Shown: piece by piece, positions 1 through 9,910 of the stretch | How the letters are laid out: each line of letters opens with the position of its first letter | How positions within the stretch are numbered: the first letter of the stretch is position 1 | DNA from: an uncultured Gemmatimonadaceae bacterium | GTDB lineage: Bacteria > Gemmatimonadota > Gemmatimonadetes > Gemmatimonadales > Gemmatimonadaceae | DNA: 64,000 bases | Direction: 5' to 3' | Assembly (NCBI GenBank): GCA_963822945.1 | Contig: CAWGJO010000021.1 | Location: 160,001 to 224,000, forward strand | Position numbers and translations under genes: made by a program | Notes under the pieces: model-generated | Databases searched by the model: none | What the model was told of the DNA's origin: nothing | What the model saw: the letters and a program-made list of their open reading frames with translations, nothing else

Positions 1-2
1 CC

Positions 3-707
3 TACCTCGCCCGAGTGGGTGGTGCCATCGAGAACAAGTATCCCGCCTACGCGACGGAGCTGTTCCTCGAGTTCGACCGTGTCAACGGCGCGAGCGACTA
101 CTGGAAAGCCAGCGCCTATTACAAATACGCAGAGACGGCACGATTGGCCGGCAACACCCAGGCCGAAAGTCGCTTCATGCAGATCGGCCGGAGTGCAGCG
201 CAGCGTCACCGGCAGTACCTGCTCTGGTACGACTTACAACCTCGACGCGAGGCCCTGGAAAAGAAGCAATGGAAGCGCGTGGCCGAGATTTACACGGAGG
301 CACGCAATGGCGTCGCCAAGCGCACTCCGCAGTACACGCTGATGATCGACGAGCTCGACATGAAGCGCGCCCTCGCGTTGCACTTGGCCAAAAACCAAAC
401 CGAAAGCAAGCGTGTGCTCAAGGAGCGTCTGAGCCAGCTGCGGTCGCCTGACCGGCGCACGTCCAAGCCAACGCCTTGTCTGGATGCCAACACGCTGACG
501 GCAGCCGCCGCGATGGCCATGGCACGCGGCGAATGCAAGAGCGGAGCGAAGCTGCGCGAGCTCGCGAAACAGAGCAAGAACGCTTGCATCCAGGAAACCT
601 GCTACCCGGCGCCCTACGGCGTGACTTGGTGTGACCGCCCCAGCGCGATCGTGGAAATGGAGAACGCATGTCGCAAGCCCGTTACCAACGCCGATTCGCT
701 GCTCTGA
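3..707 (+). CDS. 5'-truncated hypothetical helical (TPR-like) protein with Cys-rich C-terminus
   Basis: Frame open from the window edge to TGA at 707; Ala-rich helical segments; overlaps the next gene by 40 bp. Confidence 0.6.
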   Translation, partial: YLARVGGAIENKYPAYATELFLEFDRVNGASDYWKASAYYKYAETARLAGNTQAESRFMQIGRSAAQRHRQYLLWYDLQPRREALEKKQWKRVAEIYTEARNGVAKRTPQYTLMIDELDMKRALALHLAKNQTESKRVLKERLSQLRSPDRRTSKPTPCLDANTLTAAAAMAMARGECKSGAKLRELAKQSKNACIQETCYPAPYGVTWCDRPSAIVEMENACRKPVTNADSLL

Positions 708-1366
708 TCTGCGTCGTCGGCGCCACGGCCTGCGGGGGCTCGGAAACACCCCCGCCGGCCAGCCCCGTCCAAGAGCGTCCTGCGCTGTGCTCGGCTCCGT
801 TACCGGGCACGCTGGGTGCGACGCCACTCAAGAACGACACCAGCACTCAGGTCGATCTGGCTGGCAGTGACGACTTGCTGATGGCAGCGATGGACCGCTC
901 CGGGTGCTTCACGCTGGTCGAGCGCGAGCAGATCGCCATATTGATCGAAGAGATTCGCTTGTGCGACGACGGTCCAAATAAGGACTTCTTCGACTGCAGT
1001 AGCTTCGCGAAAAAGGGCAAGCTGCTCGGTCTGAAGACCCTCGTTACAGGATCGCTCACGTTCTTCGAGCCGCGCGTCAAAGGCGCCGACCTCTCGGTCA
1101 AGCTGCCGGGCATCGGCGGCGTCGAGGCGGGCCGCGAGTATGCGGCGATGCGCATCACCCTTCGAGCCGTCGACTTCGAAACGGCCAAGATCGTGACCAC
1201 CGCGGAGGCGACGGCGCTCGTGCCGAGCGATCAAGCCGGGCTCGAGCTATCGGGCGGCGGCTTCGGCTTCCGCGCCGCTGCCTTCAGCAAGACGCCCTTC
1301 GGCGATGCGCTGAGCGGCATGATCGAAGACGCCGTCGAGAAGCTGTACGCAGGGATGCGCAGCTGA
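668..1366 (+). CDS. CsgG/HfaB-family lipoprotein
   Basis: Lipobox-like ATAC; SGCFTLVEREQIAILIEE, LVTGSLTFFE and ITLRAVDFETAKIV segments resemble the CsgG fold. Confidence 0.7.
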   Translation: MSQARYQRRFAALICVVGATACGGSETPPPASPVQERPALCSAPLPGTLGATPLKNDTSTQVDLAGSDDLLMAAMDRSGCFTLVEREQIAILIEEIRLCDDGPNKDFFDCSSFAKKGKLLGLKTLVTGSLTFFEPRVKGADLSVKLPGIGGVEAGREYAAMRITLRAVDFETAKIVTTAEATALVPSDQAGLELSGGGFGFRAAAFSKTPFGDALSGMIEDAVEKLYAGMRS

Positions 1367-1481
1367 GGCCTCGCTCCACCGTAAGAAGTCCTGGGCCCGC
1401 GCCCCCCTCGCACCGATGCGCAGACTCGCACCACGGGTCTCCGCATCGGCTGCGTCCCGCAAGGGGTCAATAACGCAACGG

Positions 1482-1673
1482 CTACGCGCGATTCACGTGG
1501 TGCGGCTCTTCGTCGTGCCGTCGTGCCCACTCGGGACCCACGACGAGCGCGACCAGCCAGGCCGCAAAGAAGAGCCCGAATACCACGAAGTACCAGCCGT
1601 TCACGAGCGCCACGATGGCTGCGGCGACCAAGGCCAGGCTCAACCACTGAATCGTCTTCCAATGCTCGTTCAT
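1482..1673 (-). CDS. small two-TM membrane protein
   Basis: 63-aa ORF with two hydrophobic stretches. Confidence 0.55.
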   Translation of the reverse strand: MNEHWKTIQWLSLALVAAAIVALVNGWYFVVFGLFFAAWLVALVVGPEWARRHDEEPHHVNRA

Positions 1674-1763
1674 GACAACGCCCCGCCACAGCAACCCTCG
1701 TGCCGGGGCCCCGCGAGAATTCGCTAACTGCGGCGGGGATGGCCCGGCAGGAGCCAGGCCGCG

Positions 1764-2783
1764 ATGAACGCCGCGAACGCCATGCTACCAAGGGCTCTGC
1801 GCATGAGCCCTTTGTCTCGCTTGTCGTGCGTCCTGGCGGGCGTCCTTCTGGCGCACGCCGCCCACGCCGCGCCGCCGCGCCACGTGAAGCTGGACTACGA
1901 GCGCAATGCCGGTGCCGAGCGCTGTCCGGACTCGAGCGAGCTCAGTGACGCCGTCGCTGCGGATCTCGGCTACGACCCGTTCCAGACCGAAGCCGGCGAG
2001 ACGCTCCGCGTTCGCATCGCGCGGGCCGCAGGGGAGCTGACCGCGACCATCGAGCTGTTGGATGCCGAGGGCGCGGTCACCGGCCGCCGCGAGCTGTCGT
2101 CTCCGGGCAAAGACTGCCGCGAGCTGGCCGCCACCTTGGCCCTGGCGGTGAGCATCGCCATCGATCCGGTGCACTCGACGAAGAAACCCGAGCCGAAACC
2201 CGAGCCGGCTCCGGCGCCGCCGCCCAAACCCGCGCCGCCTCCGCCCGCTCCGGCTCCCATCCCGAAAGTCGAGCCAGCGCCCGAACCCGCCTCCACGCCC
2301 CTGCATCTCCGGATCGCCGGCGGCGCTCATCTCGCCGTGGGAACGGCGCCGGCTCAGGCGCTGGGCTTTTGGGCGTACGCGGGCGCGCGCTGGCCGAAGC
2401 TGAGCCTGGGGCTCGAGGGGCGCGCAGATCTCGCCGCCGAGAAGAGCGAGCCCGACGGCAGCGTCAGCGCCTCGCTCTTGCTCGGGAGCCTACTCCCCTG
2501 CGTGCACCTCGGCGTCGGCTTCGCCTGCGCCGTCGGCTCCCTGGGCGTGCTGCAAGGCAGCGGCGAGGACGTGTCCCAGCCGGCCAAGGCGACCACGCTG
2601 TTCGGTGCCGCCGGCGCCCGGGGCGGAGTGGACATTCCCGTGAGCGACGCCGTGGGCATCGTCGTCCAGGCCGACGTGCGCGCCAATCTCGCGCGCACCA
2701 CGCTGAGATTGAACGACCGCGAGGTGTGGTCGTCACCGCCGCTGAGCGGCGATCTGGGGGTAGGAGTTCGTGGCGAGCTGTGA
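1764..2783 (+). CDS. secreted protein: Cys-pair N-domain, Pro-rich linker, beta-barrel-like C-terminus (ECF operon-associated)
   Basis: Signal peptide (AHAAHA), PEPKPEPAPAPPP linker, alternating beta-strand C-terminus; true start may be ATG 1803. Confidence 0.7.
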   Translation: MNAANAMLPRALRMSPLSRLSCVLAGVLLAHAAHAAPPRHVKLDYERNAGAERCPDSSELSDAVAADLGYDPFQTEAGETLRVRIARAAGELTATIELLDAEGAVTGRRELSSPGKDCRELAATLALAVSIAIDPVHSTKKPEPKPEPAPAPPPKPAPPPPAPAPIPKVEPAPEPASTPLHLRIAGGAHLAVGTAPAQALGFWAYAGARWPKLSLGLEGRADLAAEKSEPDGSVSASLLLGSLLPCVHLGVGFACAVGSLGVLQGSGEDVSQPAKATTLFGAAGARGGVDIPVSDAVGIVVQADVRANLARTTLRLNDREVWSSPPLSGDLGVGVRGEL

Positions 2784-2850
2784 CGGTCCCGCGTTGGACC
2801 GACAAAAATACAATGGAGTTACCGGGGCTTGGAGAAAGTTTCGGGGCTCC

Positions 2851-2878
2851 GTGACGGATCCGCCGGCCTAGGCCCAAA
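2851..2878 (+). promoter_or_regulatory. putative ECF promoter GTGACGGAT-N12-GCCCAAA (sigma autoregulatory copy)
   Basis: Same motif and spacing at 4172-4199; degenerate copy at 2780-2807. Confidence 0.6.
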
Positions 2879-3422
2879 TGCCGAACGTGGCCCCTACGTC
2901 CGCCGTCGCTGCCGGTCCCGCGTCCGGGTTCGAGGCGATCTTTCGCGCCGAGGTGGGCTACGTGTGGAAAACGCTCGAGCGGTTGGGGGTGCCGGCGCGG
3001 GATCTCGAGGACGTGGTGCACGACGTGTTCGTGGCGGTGTACCGGCACCTCGGCGACTACGATCCGGCGCGGCCGATCCGGCCCTGGCTGTGCGGCTTCG
3101 CCTATCGCGTGGCGTCGGACTACCGCCGGCTCGCGCGCAACCGCTACGAGCGCGTGGGCGACGACACGGCGATGGATGCCGCGTCGGTGACGCCCGCCCA
3201 CGCCGAGATGGAAGCGCGGGATCTGGCGCTCCGCGCGCTGGACGCCGTGCCGCTGGAGCGGCGCGTGGTGCTGGTGATGCACGACATCGACGGCCACTCG
3301 GTGCCGGACATCGCCAGCGAGCTGTCGATCCCGGTGAACACCGCGTACTCGCGCCTGCGTCTGGCGCGCCAAGAGATCCGCACCGCCGTCGAACGGCTGG
3401 AGCAGGTGGAGGAAACCCATGA
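2878..3422 (+). CDS. ECF RNA polymerase sigma factor (3' end uncertain; reads through to 3933 as given)
   Basis: Region 2 DLEDVVHDVF...WLCGFAYRVASD; region 4 VPDIASELSIPVNTAYSRLRLAR. Confidence 0.9.
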
Positions 3423-4175
3423 GCGAGCTCGAACCCCTGCCCCCGCGCCTGTCGGAGCTCTTCGCCGAGGAGCAGAATCGTCCGGAGCCGGATGCGGCGG
3501 CGACGGATCGCGTGTTTTCGCGCTTGGTCGGCACGCTGGGGCTGCCACCCGGTGGTGGTGGCGGCGGACCCGGCGGCGGTGGCGATGGGGGCGGTCAGCC
3601 CGGCGCCACGGTGCCCCCGCCCACGACAACGACGCCCGGGCTGCTCGCGAGCATCGCGGCCAAGCCGGCGGCCATCGCGCTGACGGCCTTTGCGCTCGGG
3701 GCCGCATCGACGGCACTGGTCGATGCGTCAGACCCCGACGCCGACGCGCGCGACGGTCGAGCCCGCGGCGCCACGGGTGGTGGTGGTGCACGTGCCGTCG
3801 TCGGCACCGAGCACGGCGCAAGACGACGACGCCATCGAGCCCGAGGATCTCGCGCCGGAACAAAAGAAGCCTACTGTTCAGGTGGATGCTGGTCCGGCGC
3901 GGGACCGGAGCCTGGCCCGGGAGCGCGCTCTGATCTCGCGGGCCCGCACCGCCCTCGCCAAACGGCAGGGCGACGCCGCGCTCGCGGCGCTATCCGCCCA
4001 TGCCCGCGAGTTTCCCAAAGGACGCCTGGCGGAAGAACGCGAGAGCCTGCGCGTACAAGCCCTGGTGCTGCGCGGGGACGACAAGGCCGCGGCCGAGGAA
4101 GCGAAGAAGTTCGAGAAAAAATACCCGAACAGCTTGCTCAAGGGTGCCGTCGAGCAATCTTTGAGCTCGCCGTGA
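3419..4175 (+). CDS. anti-sigma-like membrane protein with C-terminal TPR-like domain (frameshift ~3720)
   Basis: MSELEPL start after the sigma, TM AAIALTAFALGAAS; C-terminus ERALISRARTAL...FPKGRLAEERE...YPNS is in the +1 frame. Confidence 0.75.
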
Positions 4176-4199
4176 CGGATTCGCGGGGCTGAGCCCAAA
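4172..4199 (+). promoter_or_regulatory. putative ECF promoter, second copy, upstream of lipoprotein gene
   Basis: GTGACGGAT-tcgcggggctga-GCCCAAA, 40 bp before ATG 4239, which has a GGAGG RBS. Confidence 0.6.
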
Positions 4200-4238
4200 C
4201 GAGGGTCGAAAGCGAAACGACTCACGGAGGCACGAGAC

Positions 4239-5544
4239 ATGAAGCTTCACATCTTTTCCGCGTTGACCCTGCTTTTGGCCACGGGCTGCGTGCTCGATCA
4301 GGATCTCGGCAAGAACGATCAAGGCGCGACGGGCACCGGCGCGGCGAACAGCGGCGGCGCCGCGGGCAGCGGCACGGGCGGCGCCAGCGGCAGTGGAACG
4401 GGCGGAACCGGAACCGGCGGAGCTGGAACCGGTGGCGTCGGCGGAGCTGGAACCGGTGGTGTCGGCGGAACCGGAACCGGCGGAACCGGCGGAACTGGAA
4501 CCGGTGGAACCGGAACCGGCGGAACCGGAACCGGCGGAACCGGTGGCGGCGGCACGGGCTACGACACCGTGGGCGTCACCTGGAAGCCTTCGGCCGTGCA
4601 CGTTGTGGGCAACGACGTGATGTGGTCCACCACCGGCGAGAACAATCCCGCCCGGCACGGCCATCGGCTTGCTCTTGCGCGAGCCGAAGACCAACACCTT
4701 CAAGAGCGGCTCGCCCATCCCGCAAGGCACGCAGGTCGGCTACATCCACGGCAGTGGGCGCACCTTCGTGGTGGACGGCTCGAGCGTGTTCGCCTGGTAC
4801 ACCGCCATCGATCTGGGCTGGAGCGGCGGCGGTGTCACCAAGCTCACGCTGCCCTCCGGTCCGGAAGAAGACTTCGTGGACGCGAAAGGACCGGGCGTGG
4901 CGGCCTACGTGGTGGGCGGCGATGAGATGGTCGCCACCGACGCGACGTACCTGTACTTCCCCTGCGACCAGTACTTCTTCGACGGCGGCATCTGTCGCTT
5001 CCCCAAGAGCGGTGGCACCGACCTGGAGCTGACCGCCAACACCAGCCCCGAGCTGATCGCCAGCATGGTCGTGACCGGCGGCTACGTGTACTGGATTCGA
5101 CCCGGCGGCTCGACGTTCCCGGGCCAGCTCCTGCGCGTGCCCGCAGGCAACTCGGCCGCGTCTCCCGAGACCGTAGCCGACGTGCCGGCCTACCCGCGCT
5201 CCCTGGTGGAAAGCGGCGGCGACCTGTACGTGCTCGGCCGCGAGGACGACAGCACCCTCAAAGTGCTGCGCTTCACCGGCGCCGCCGGCCCGGGGAAAGT
5301 GTTGGCAACGGGCACCGGCAACGCCGGGTCCCTGGCGGTGGACGGAACCAACGCCTACTTCGGCAACGCCACGGACCAGACCATCAGCTCCGTACCCGTC
5401 AGCGGCGGCACGCCCAAGGTGGTCGTGGATCTGTCCAAGAGCCAGTACTCCCTGGGCGACTTCGACGTGGACGGCCAGAACGTCTTCTTCCTGGCCCTGG
5501 GCACCGGCAACCTGGCGGACTTGGTGCAACGCGCACCGAAGTGA
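4239..5544 (+). CDS. lipoprotein with Gly/Thr linker and beta-propeller (frameshift ~4648)
   Basis: LATGC lipobox, (GTG)n linker, propeller-like repeats ATDATYLYF / VVTGGYVYW / AVDGTNAYF / DVDGQNVFF in the +1 frame. Confidence 0.8.
4395..4545 (+). repeat. coding GGAACCGGC-type tandem repeat (Gly-Thr-Gly linker)
   Basis: Many GGAACCGG(C/T) units visible directly. Confidence 0.85.
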
Positions 5545-5550
5545 GGGCGG

Positions 5551-6123
5551 TCAGGCGCGTTCGGGAAACAACGCGGCGAGCGGGATGGACAGTCCCTCGA
5601 ACGACGCGGGCTCGAACGCGCCTTCGCCGGCCGTCTGGGCGATGACGTAGCCCTCGGGCGTCAGCACCAAGCGCTCGACGATGCGCGCGTCGCGGTCGAC
5701 GAGCCAGTACTCCGGCACCCCGATGCTGGCGTACCAGGCGAGCTTGGTCACGCGATCGTAGCGGCGGCTCGAAGGCGAGATGACCTCGACGGCCAAGTCG
5801 GGGCGCCCTTCTTCCATCCCGAGATGACCGGCCTGCGCGGCGGTCTCGTGCGTCAGGAACTGCACGTCGGGCATCACGCCGCGCAGCTCCGAGATGCGGA
5901 CCTTGTAGCTCGAAGGCAGCACGACGCCGGCGTCTCGCGGCAGGACCCAAGCCTGCAGGTAGTAGACGAGCAGGCCGACAATCCGCTCGTGCTCGTAATC
6001 AGGCACCTCGACCTCCACCAGCCGACCGTCGATCAGCTCTCGCAGGTCGTCGGTGTCGAGCCGGATGAACTCGTCCCAGTGGACGAGGGGGTCGGCGGCT
6101 GCCCCCGCATCGGTCATGCTCAT
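5551..6123 (-). CDS. Uma2/DUF820-family putative endonuclease
   Basis: ELIDGRL, PDVQF, PDLAVEVISPSS, DRVTKLAWYASIGVPEYWLVD motifs. Confidence 0.9.
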   Translation of the reverse strand: MSMTDAGAAADPLVHWDEFIRLDTDDLRELIDGRLVEVEVPDYEHERIVGLLVYYLQAWVLPRDAGVVLPSSYKVRISELRGVMPDVQFLTHETAAQAGHLGMEEGRPDLAVEVISPSSRRYDRVTKLAWYASIGVPEYWLVDRDARIVERLVLTPEGYVIAQTAGEGAFEPASFEGLSIPLAALFPERA

Positions 6124-6262
6124 AGCGTAGCTCCGCAGGCTGGGTGGGCAAAGCGCCCGGGTATCGACCACCAGACGTCGTGGTTGCGCGTGGCCGCCCG
6201 CGCACGGCTCACGCCGCCTACCGGTTCTTGGACTCGTCGTAAGATAGCGGCGATTTTCGTCG

Positions 6263-7861
6263 TCACTTGGGTGCGTCGCACAGGTGGGGGCCGAGGACGC
6301 GAGCGTACAGGGCGCGCGCAGCTCCACTGCCTTGCGCCCACACGATGGCGTAACCCGCAGCCCCGCGTGCCATGCCGGCGCTGCGTTCTGGCTCGACTAG
6401 CTCGGCGCCTGCTGCCACATCGTGACTGTCGATGAAGCTACAGTCCGCACCGAAGCGCGCCAAGCGCAAGGCGGCACCGCCGCCGACGCCGTCCTGGAAC
6501 AGCACGAGGGTGCGCTCCTCGTTTGGAACCACGGACTGCGGACGGAGATCGCTGCCCACCTCGGACGAGCCGACATCCACCGGGCCACAGACCGTGGAGC
6601 CGGCAGGATCTTGCGAAACGTACCGCGCGGCTGGGCCCCGGCGCCAAACGAGTTGAAAGACCGCGCCACCGTCCCCGATTCTCGGCTGCGAATTGACGGG
6701 CGGCGGCGTGGCGATGTCCCCTTCGCTCAACACCGACAGTGCCGCGTCCGTGCGACCGAAGCCGATAGTGTCGAGCTCGGGTGAAGTCGACGGTCGGAAG
6801 TCCCAGACCACATCCAGCGTGCCTCCGGCGAAGGCTGAATAGGGTGCGCCGGCCAGGCCGCTGGTATTGCTGCTCAGAGTCGTCTCGGCGCTCACCGTGC
6901 CCGTGGCGGACACGCTGACGCCGCGGATCGAGCGACCTCCGCTGAACGAGCGGTCGTACGTGACCAGCCAGTGGGAGCCGGTCCAAGCCACGTTGGGCCA
7001 CCCGTCTTGCGCAGCCGAAAGCGGGATACTCCCCCCTAGCGGCGCGCCGGCCGCGCTGATGCGTTGCATCCCACCAGCAAATGCCACCAAGAACTCGTTG
7101 CCGTTGTAGGCGATGGTCGGGCGACTGCCGGTCGTGGAGATCGCAGCAGGTGTCGTCGTGAGGTTGCCGCCGGCATTCATCAGAGCAAAGTAGATCCGCG
7201 GTGCGCCGTCGCGTTCGTCCGTCCAAGCCAGGCCGTAGCTATCCGATCCCCAGGCGATGGCAGGTTGATACGCACCGGCCGGGGAGCTGACGACGAGCTG
7301 TGCATCGCCGTACAGCGGCAAGCCGTCCTGAAGATCGTCCTTGCCGTCGCAGTCGTCGTCCAGGCCGTTGCACGTTTCCGCTGCGCCGGGGTAAACGTCG
7401 GCGTTGGCGTCGTCGCAGTCGTCCCCGGGGAGAGTACCCGGAGTCGTCGCTGAGCACTTCGCGTCTCCGTGGCCATCTCCATCGTCGTCGCTCCCCCGGA
7501 CGACGCATCCCTTCGGCTCATAGTGGCTCTGGCACTGCACCGAGCAGTGCACTGCATTCGGGTTGACGCATTCCTCGGGCGTACCGGGCTGACATGCGAA
7601 GCCATTGCAGGTCTCCACGCCGTCGCATTCGACGCCGTTGTCACACTGGTCGTCGCTGTAGCACATCGGCAAGACGCCGGCGCCGCCGCCGCTGCCCGGA
7701 AACCCGCCGAGGCCACTGGTTCCGCCAACCCCCGAATCTCCGGTATCACCACCGCTGCCGGAGCTGGAAGACTCGTCGCCAGAGCACGACGGCAATAGCG
7801 AAAAGCTGAGCGTAACCAGCCCTGCAATCGTGAGCCGCCCGACAATTCGCCTGCCCCGCAC
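6263..7861 (-). CDS. Cys-rich lipoprotein with MopE-type putative metal-binding repeat
   Basis: LPSC lipobox; DCDDANADVYPGAAETCNGLDDDCDG; beta-rich C-terminal repeats. Confidence 0.8.
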   Translation of the reverse strand: MRGRRIVGRLTIAGLVTLSFSLLPSCSGDESSSSGSGGDTGDSGVGGTSGLGGFPGSGGGAGVLPMCYSDDQCDNGVECDGVETCNGFACQPGTPEECVNPNAVHCSVQCQSHYEPKGCVVRGSDDDGDGHGDAKCSATTPGTLPGDDCDDANADVYPGAAETCNGLDDDCDGKDDLQDGLPLYGDAQLVVSSPAGAYQPAIAWGSDSYGLAWTDERDGAPRIYFALMNAGGNLTTTPAAISTTGSRPTIAYNGNEFLVAFAGGMQRISAAGAPLGGSIPLSAAQDGWPNVAWTGSHWLVTYDRSFSGGRSIRGVSVSATGTVSAETTLSSNTSGLAGAPYSAFAGGTLDVVWDFRPSTSPELDTIGFGRTDAALSVLSEGDIATPPPVNSQPRIGDGGAVFQLVWRRGPAARYVSQDPAGSTVCGPVDVGSSEVGSDLRPQSVVPNEERTLVLFQDGVGGGAALRLARFGADCSFIDSHDVAAGAELVEPERSAGMARGAAGYAIVWAQGSGAARALYARVLGPHLCDAPK

Positions 7862-7953
7862 CTACACCTCCACCCCCGACTTCCTTCAGGATACGCGTTC
7901 GGCCGAGCGCGATCCACCACCGCCCGGTGTGCCGCCGCGGTTCACGACTTCCG

Positions 7954-9126
7954 TCATGTCGCCGCGAGCATCCGGCGCGCGATCACGATGCGCTGGATCT
8001 CGCTGGTGCCTTCGTAGATGCGGGTCACGCGCACGTCGCGGTACAGCCGCTCCACCAGGTACTCCTGGGAGTATCCGTAACCGCCGTGGAGCTGCACCAT
8101 CTTGTCGATCACGCGACCCGCGGTTTCGCTCGCGAACAGCTTGGCCATGCTGGTTTCCGCCACGGCGCGGTCGCCACTGTCGAGCAAGTGTGCGGCCCGC
8201 AGGGTGAGCAGCCAGGCGGCGTCCAGCTCGGCGCGACAGTCCGCCAGCACGAATTGCGTGTTCTGAAAGTCCGTGAGCGTCTTGCCGAAAGCGCGGCGCT
8301 CGCGGGCGTACTCCAGTCCGGCGGCGAGGGCGGCTTCGGCCAGTCCGATGGACAACGCCGCAATCCCGGCTCGACCGGCGCCCAGGGCGGACAGCGCGAC
8401 CGCGTAACCTGCACCGCGGGCGCCGATCAGGTTCTCTTCGGGAATGCGGCAACCGTCGAAATGCAACGCGACGGTGCCCGAAGCGCGCTGCCCCATCTTG
8501 TGCTCTTCCTTGCCGATCTCGAGGCCGGGCGTGCCGCGCTCGACCACGAAACAGCTGATGCCTTCCTTGCCGGGCCCGTCGCTGCGCGCGAACACCAGAT
8601 GCAACCCCGCGTGGGCACCGCTCGTGATCCACATCTTGGAGCCGTCCAAGATCCAGTGCTTGCCATCGAGCCGCGCGGTGGTGGTGATCGCCGCGGCGTC
8701 CGACCCACCGGCGGGCTCACTCAAGGCGAAGCTCACGGGACCGAGCTTGCCCTCGGCATAGGGCGTCAGCCAACGTTCCTTCTGCGCAGCGGTGGCGTGG
8801 TCCGCCAAAATCTTGGTGCTCAAGTTGCTGGAAGCCAGCACCACCGCCGTCGACGCGCAGGCCTCGGAGATGGCCTCCATGGCCAGCGCGTAGCCCACGT
8901 TGTCGATGCCGGCGCCGCCGTCGCTCACGGGTACCTTCATCGCGAGCAGGCCCAGCGTCGCCAGCTCCTGCAGCTGTTCGATGGGGAAGCGGCCGCTCTT
9001 GTCCCGTTCTTGGGCGCCCGGGGCCAGGCGCCGGCGCGCGAATTCGTGCGCCGTGTGCTGCACCATGCGCTGCTCTTCGGACAGCGGAAAGGCGAATCGC
9101 GTGATCCGCCCGAGCGTGTCGGTCAT
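7954..9126 (-). CDS. acyl-CoA dehydrogenase
   Basis: ALSEPAGGSD, GSKMWITSG, KMGQRAS, LHGGYGY, RIYEGTSEIQR. Confidence 0.95.
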   Translation of the reverse strand: MTDTLGRITRFAFPLSEEQRMVQHTAHEFARRRLAPGAQERDKSGRFPIEQLQELATLGLLAMKVPVSDGGAGIDNVGYALAMEAISEACASTAVVLASSNLSTKILADHATAAQKERWLTPYAEGKLGPVSFALSEPAGGSDAAAITTTARLDGKHWILDGSKMWITSGAHAGLHLVFARSDGPGKEGISCFVVERGTPGLEIGKEEHKMGQRASGTVALHFDGCRIPEENLIGARGAGYAVALSALGAGRAGIAALSIGLAEAALAAGLEYARERRAFGKTLTDFQNTQFVLADCRAELDAAWLLTLRAAHLLDSGDRAVAETSMAKLFASETAGRVIDKMVQLHGGYGYSQEYLVERLYRDVRVTRIYEGTSEIQRIVIARRMLAAT

Positions 9127-9199
9127 CTTCGTCCTCCTCGGTTTCGCTGATGAACTGTCACGGCGGACGACGACTTGGAAGGCCGTCCGGAGCGAAACT

Positions 9200-9216
9200 T
9201 GACAGGGTCCCTGTCA
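9200..9216. promoter_or_regulatory. inverted repeat TGACAGGG-T-CCCTGTCA, probable MarR operator
   Basis: Perfect 8-bp arms overlapping TTGACA, between divergent acyl-CoA dehydrogenase and MarR genes. Confidence 0.6.
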
Positions 9217-9232
9217 TATTCCACGGTGCCCC

Positions 9233-9721
9233 ATGGCCACCCGCGCGCCGCGTCGCTTGCGCAAACCCCACGTCCGCGGCGAGCTCCGCGGCGTGGTCGA
9301 CGAAACCATCGGCTTGTTCCACCGCCTGCGTTTCGTGGCAGAAGAGATTTACGGCGAGGACGGCCGCTCCACCGCACGCCGCGGCGTGCTGCGCGGCCTG
9401 ACGCGCTACGGCGCGCAGACGGTGCCGGCCCTGGCCCGCGCGCGCTCCGTCACACGGCAGAGCTTGCAGCCCGTGGTGGACGCTCTGGTCCGGGACGGCC
9501 TGGCAGAGCTGTTGGAAAACCCACGCCACGCTCGCTCCGCGCTGGCGCGCGCCACGCCCAAAGGGCAGCGCCTGGTGCGCGACTGGGACGCCATCGACGA
9601 CCGCGTGCTTTCCGCCATCGGCCGCGGCCTGTCCAAGGAAGATCTCCGCATCACGCTGCAGACGCTCATCACCCTGCGTGAGCGCTTCGAGACGAGCATG
9701 CGCTGGCGCCCGGTGTTGTAG
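9233..9721 (+). CDS. MarR-family regulator
   Basis: wHTH TVPALARARSVTRQSLQPVVDALVRDGL...NPRHARS...TPKG. Confidence 0.85.
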   Translation: MATRAPRRLRKPHVRGELRGVVDETIGLFHRLRFVAEEIYGEDGRSTARRGVLRGLTRYGAQTVPALARARSVTRQSLQPVVDALVRDGLAELLENPRHARSALARATPKGQRLVRDWDAIDDRVLSAIGRGLSKEDLRITLQTLITLRERFETSMRWRPVL

Positions 9722-9910
9722 CGGTTGGCCGATTTTGCTGGTCCGGCGCGATCTTGGCCCGTGCCGTCACTCCCGCAGCTGCCGGGTTATGCTCAGTCCG
9801 TGGTGGCGCGGCTGGTGGATGTCGAGACGGGAAAGGAGTGGGAGCGACGTGCTCGGCTTCGGCAAAACGTTCCTACGGTTCGAAACGGATGGCGAGGGGC
9901 CCGACTCGCC

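Noticed and set aside
3887..3906. REP-like matches inside CDSs (also 28341-28356)
   Set aside because: Both encode Gly-Pro-Ala-Arg in frame and could be codon coincidence; not counted as elements.
4395..4545. Non-coding or CRISPR-like repeat
   Set aside because: In-frame Gly-Thr linker of a lipoprotein.
5551..6123. Uma2 nuclease as part of a defence or restriction system
   Set aside because: Stand-alone, with no methylase or partner; the family is abundant in such genomes.
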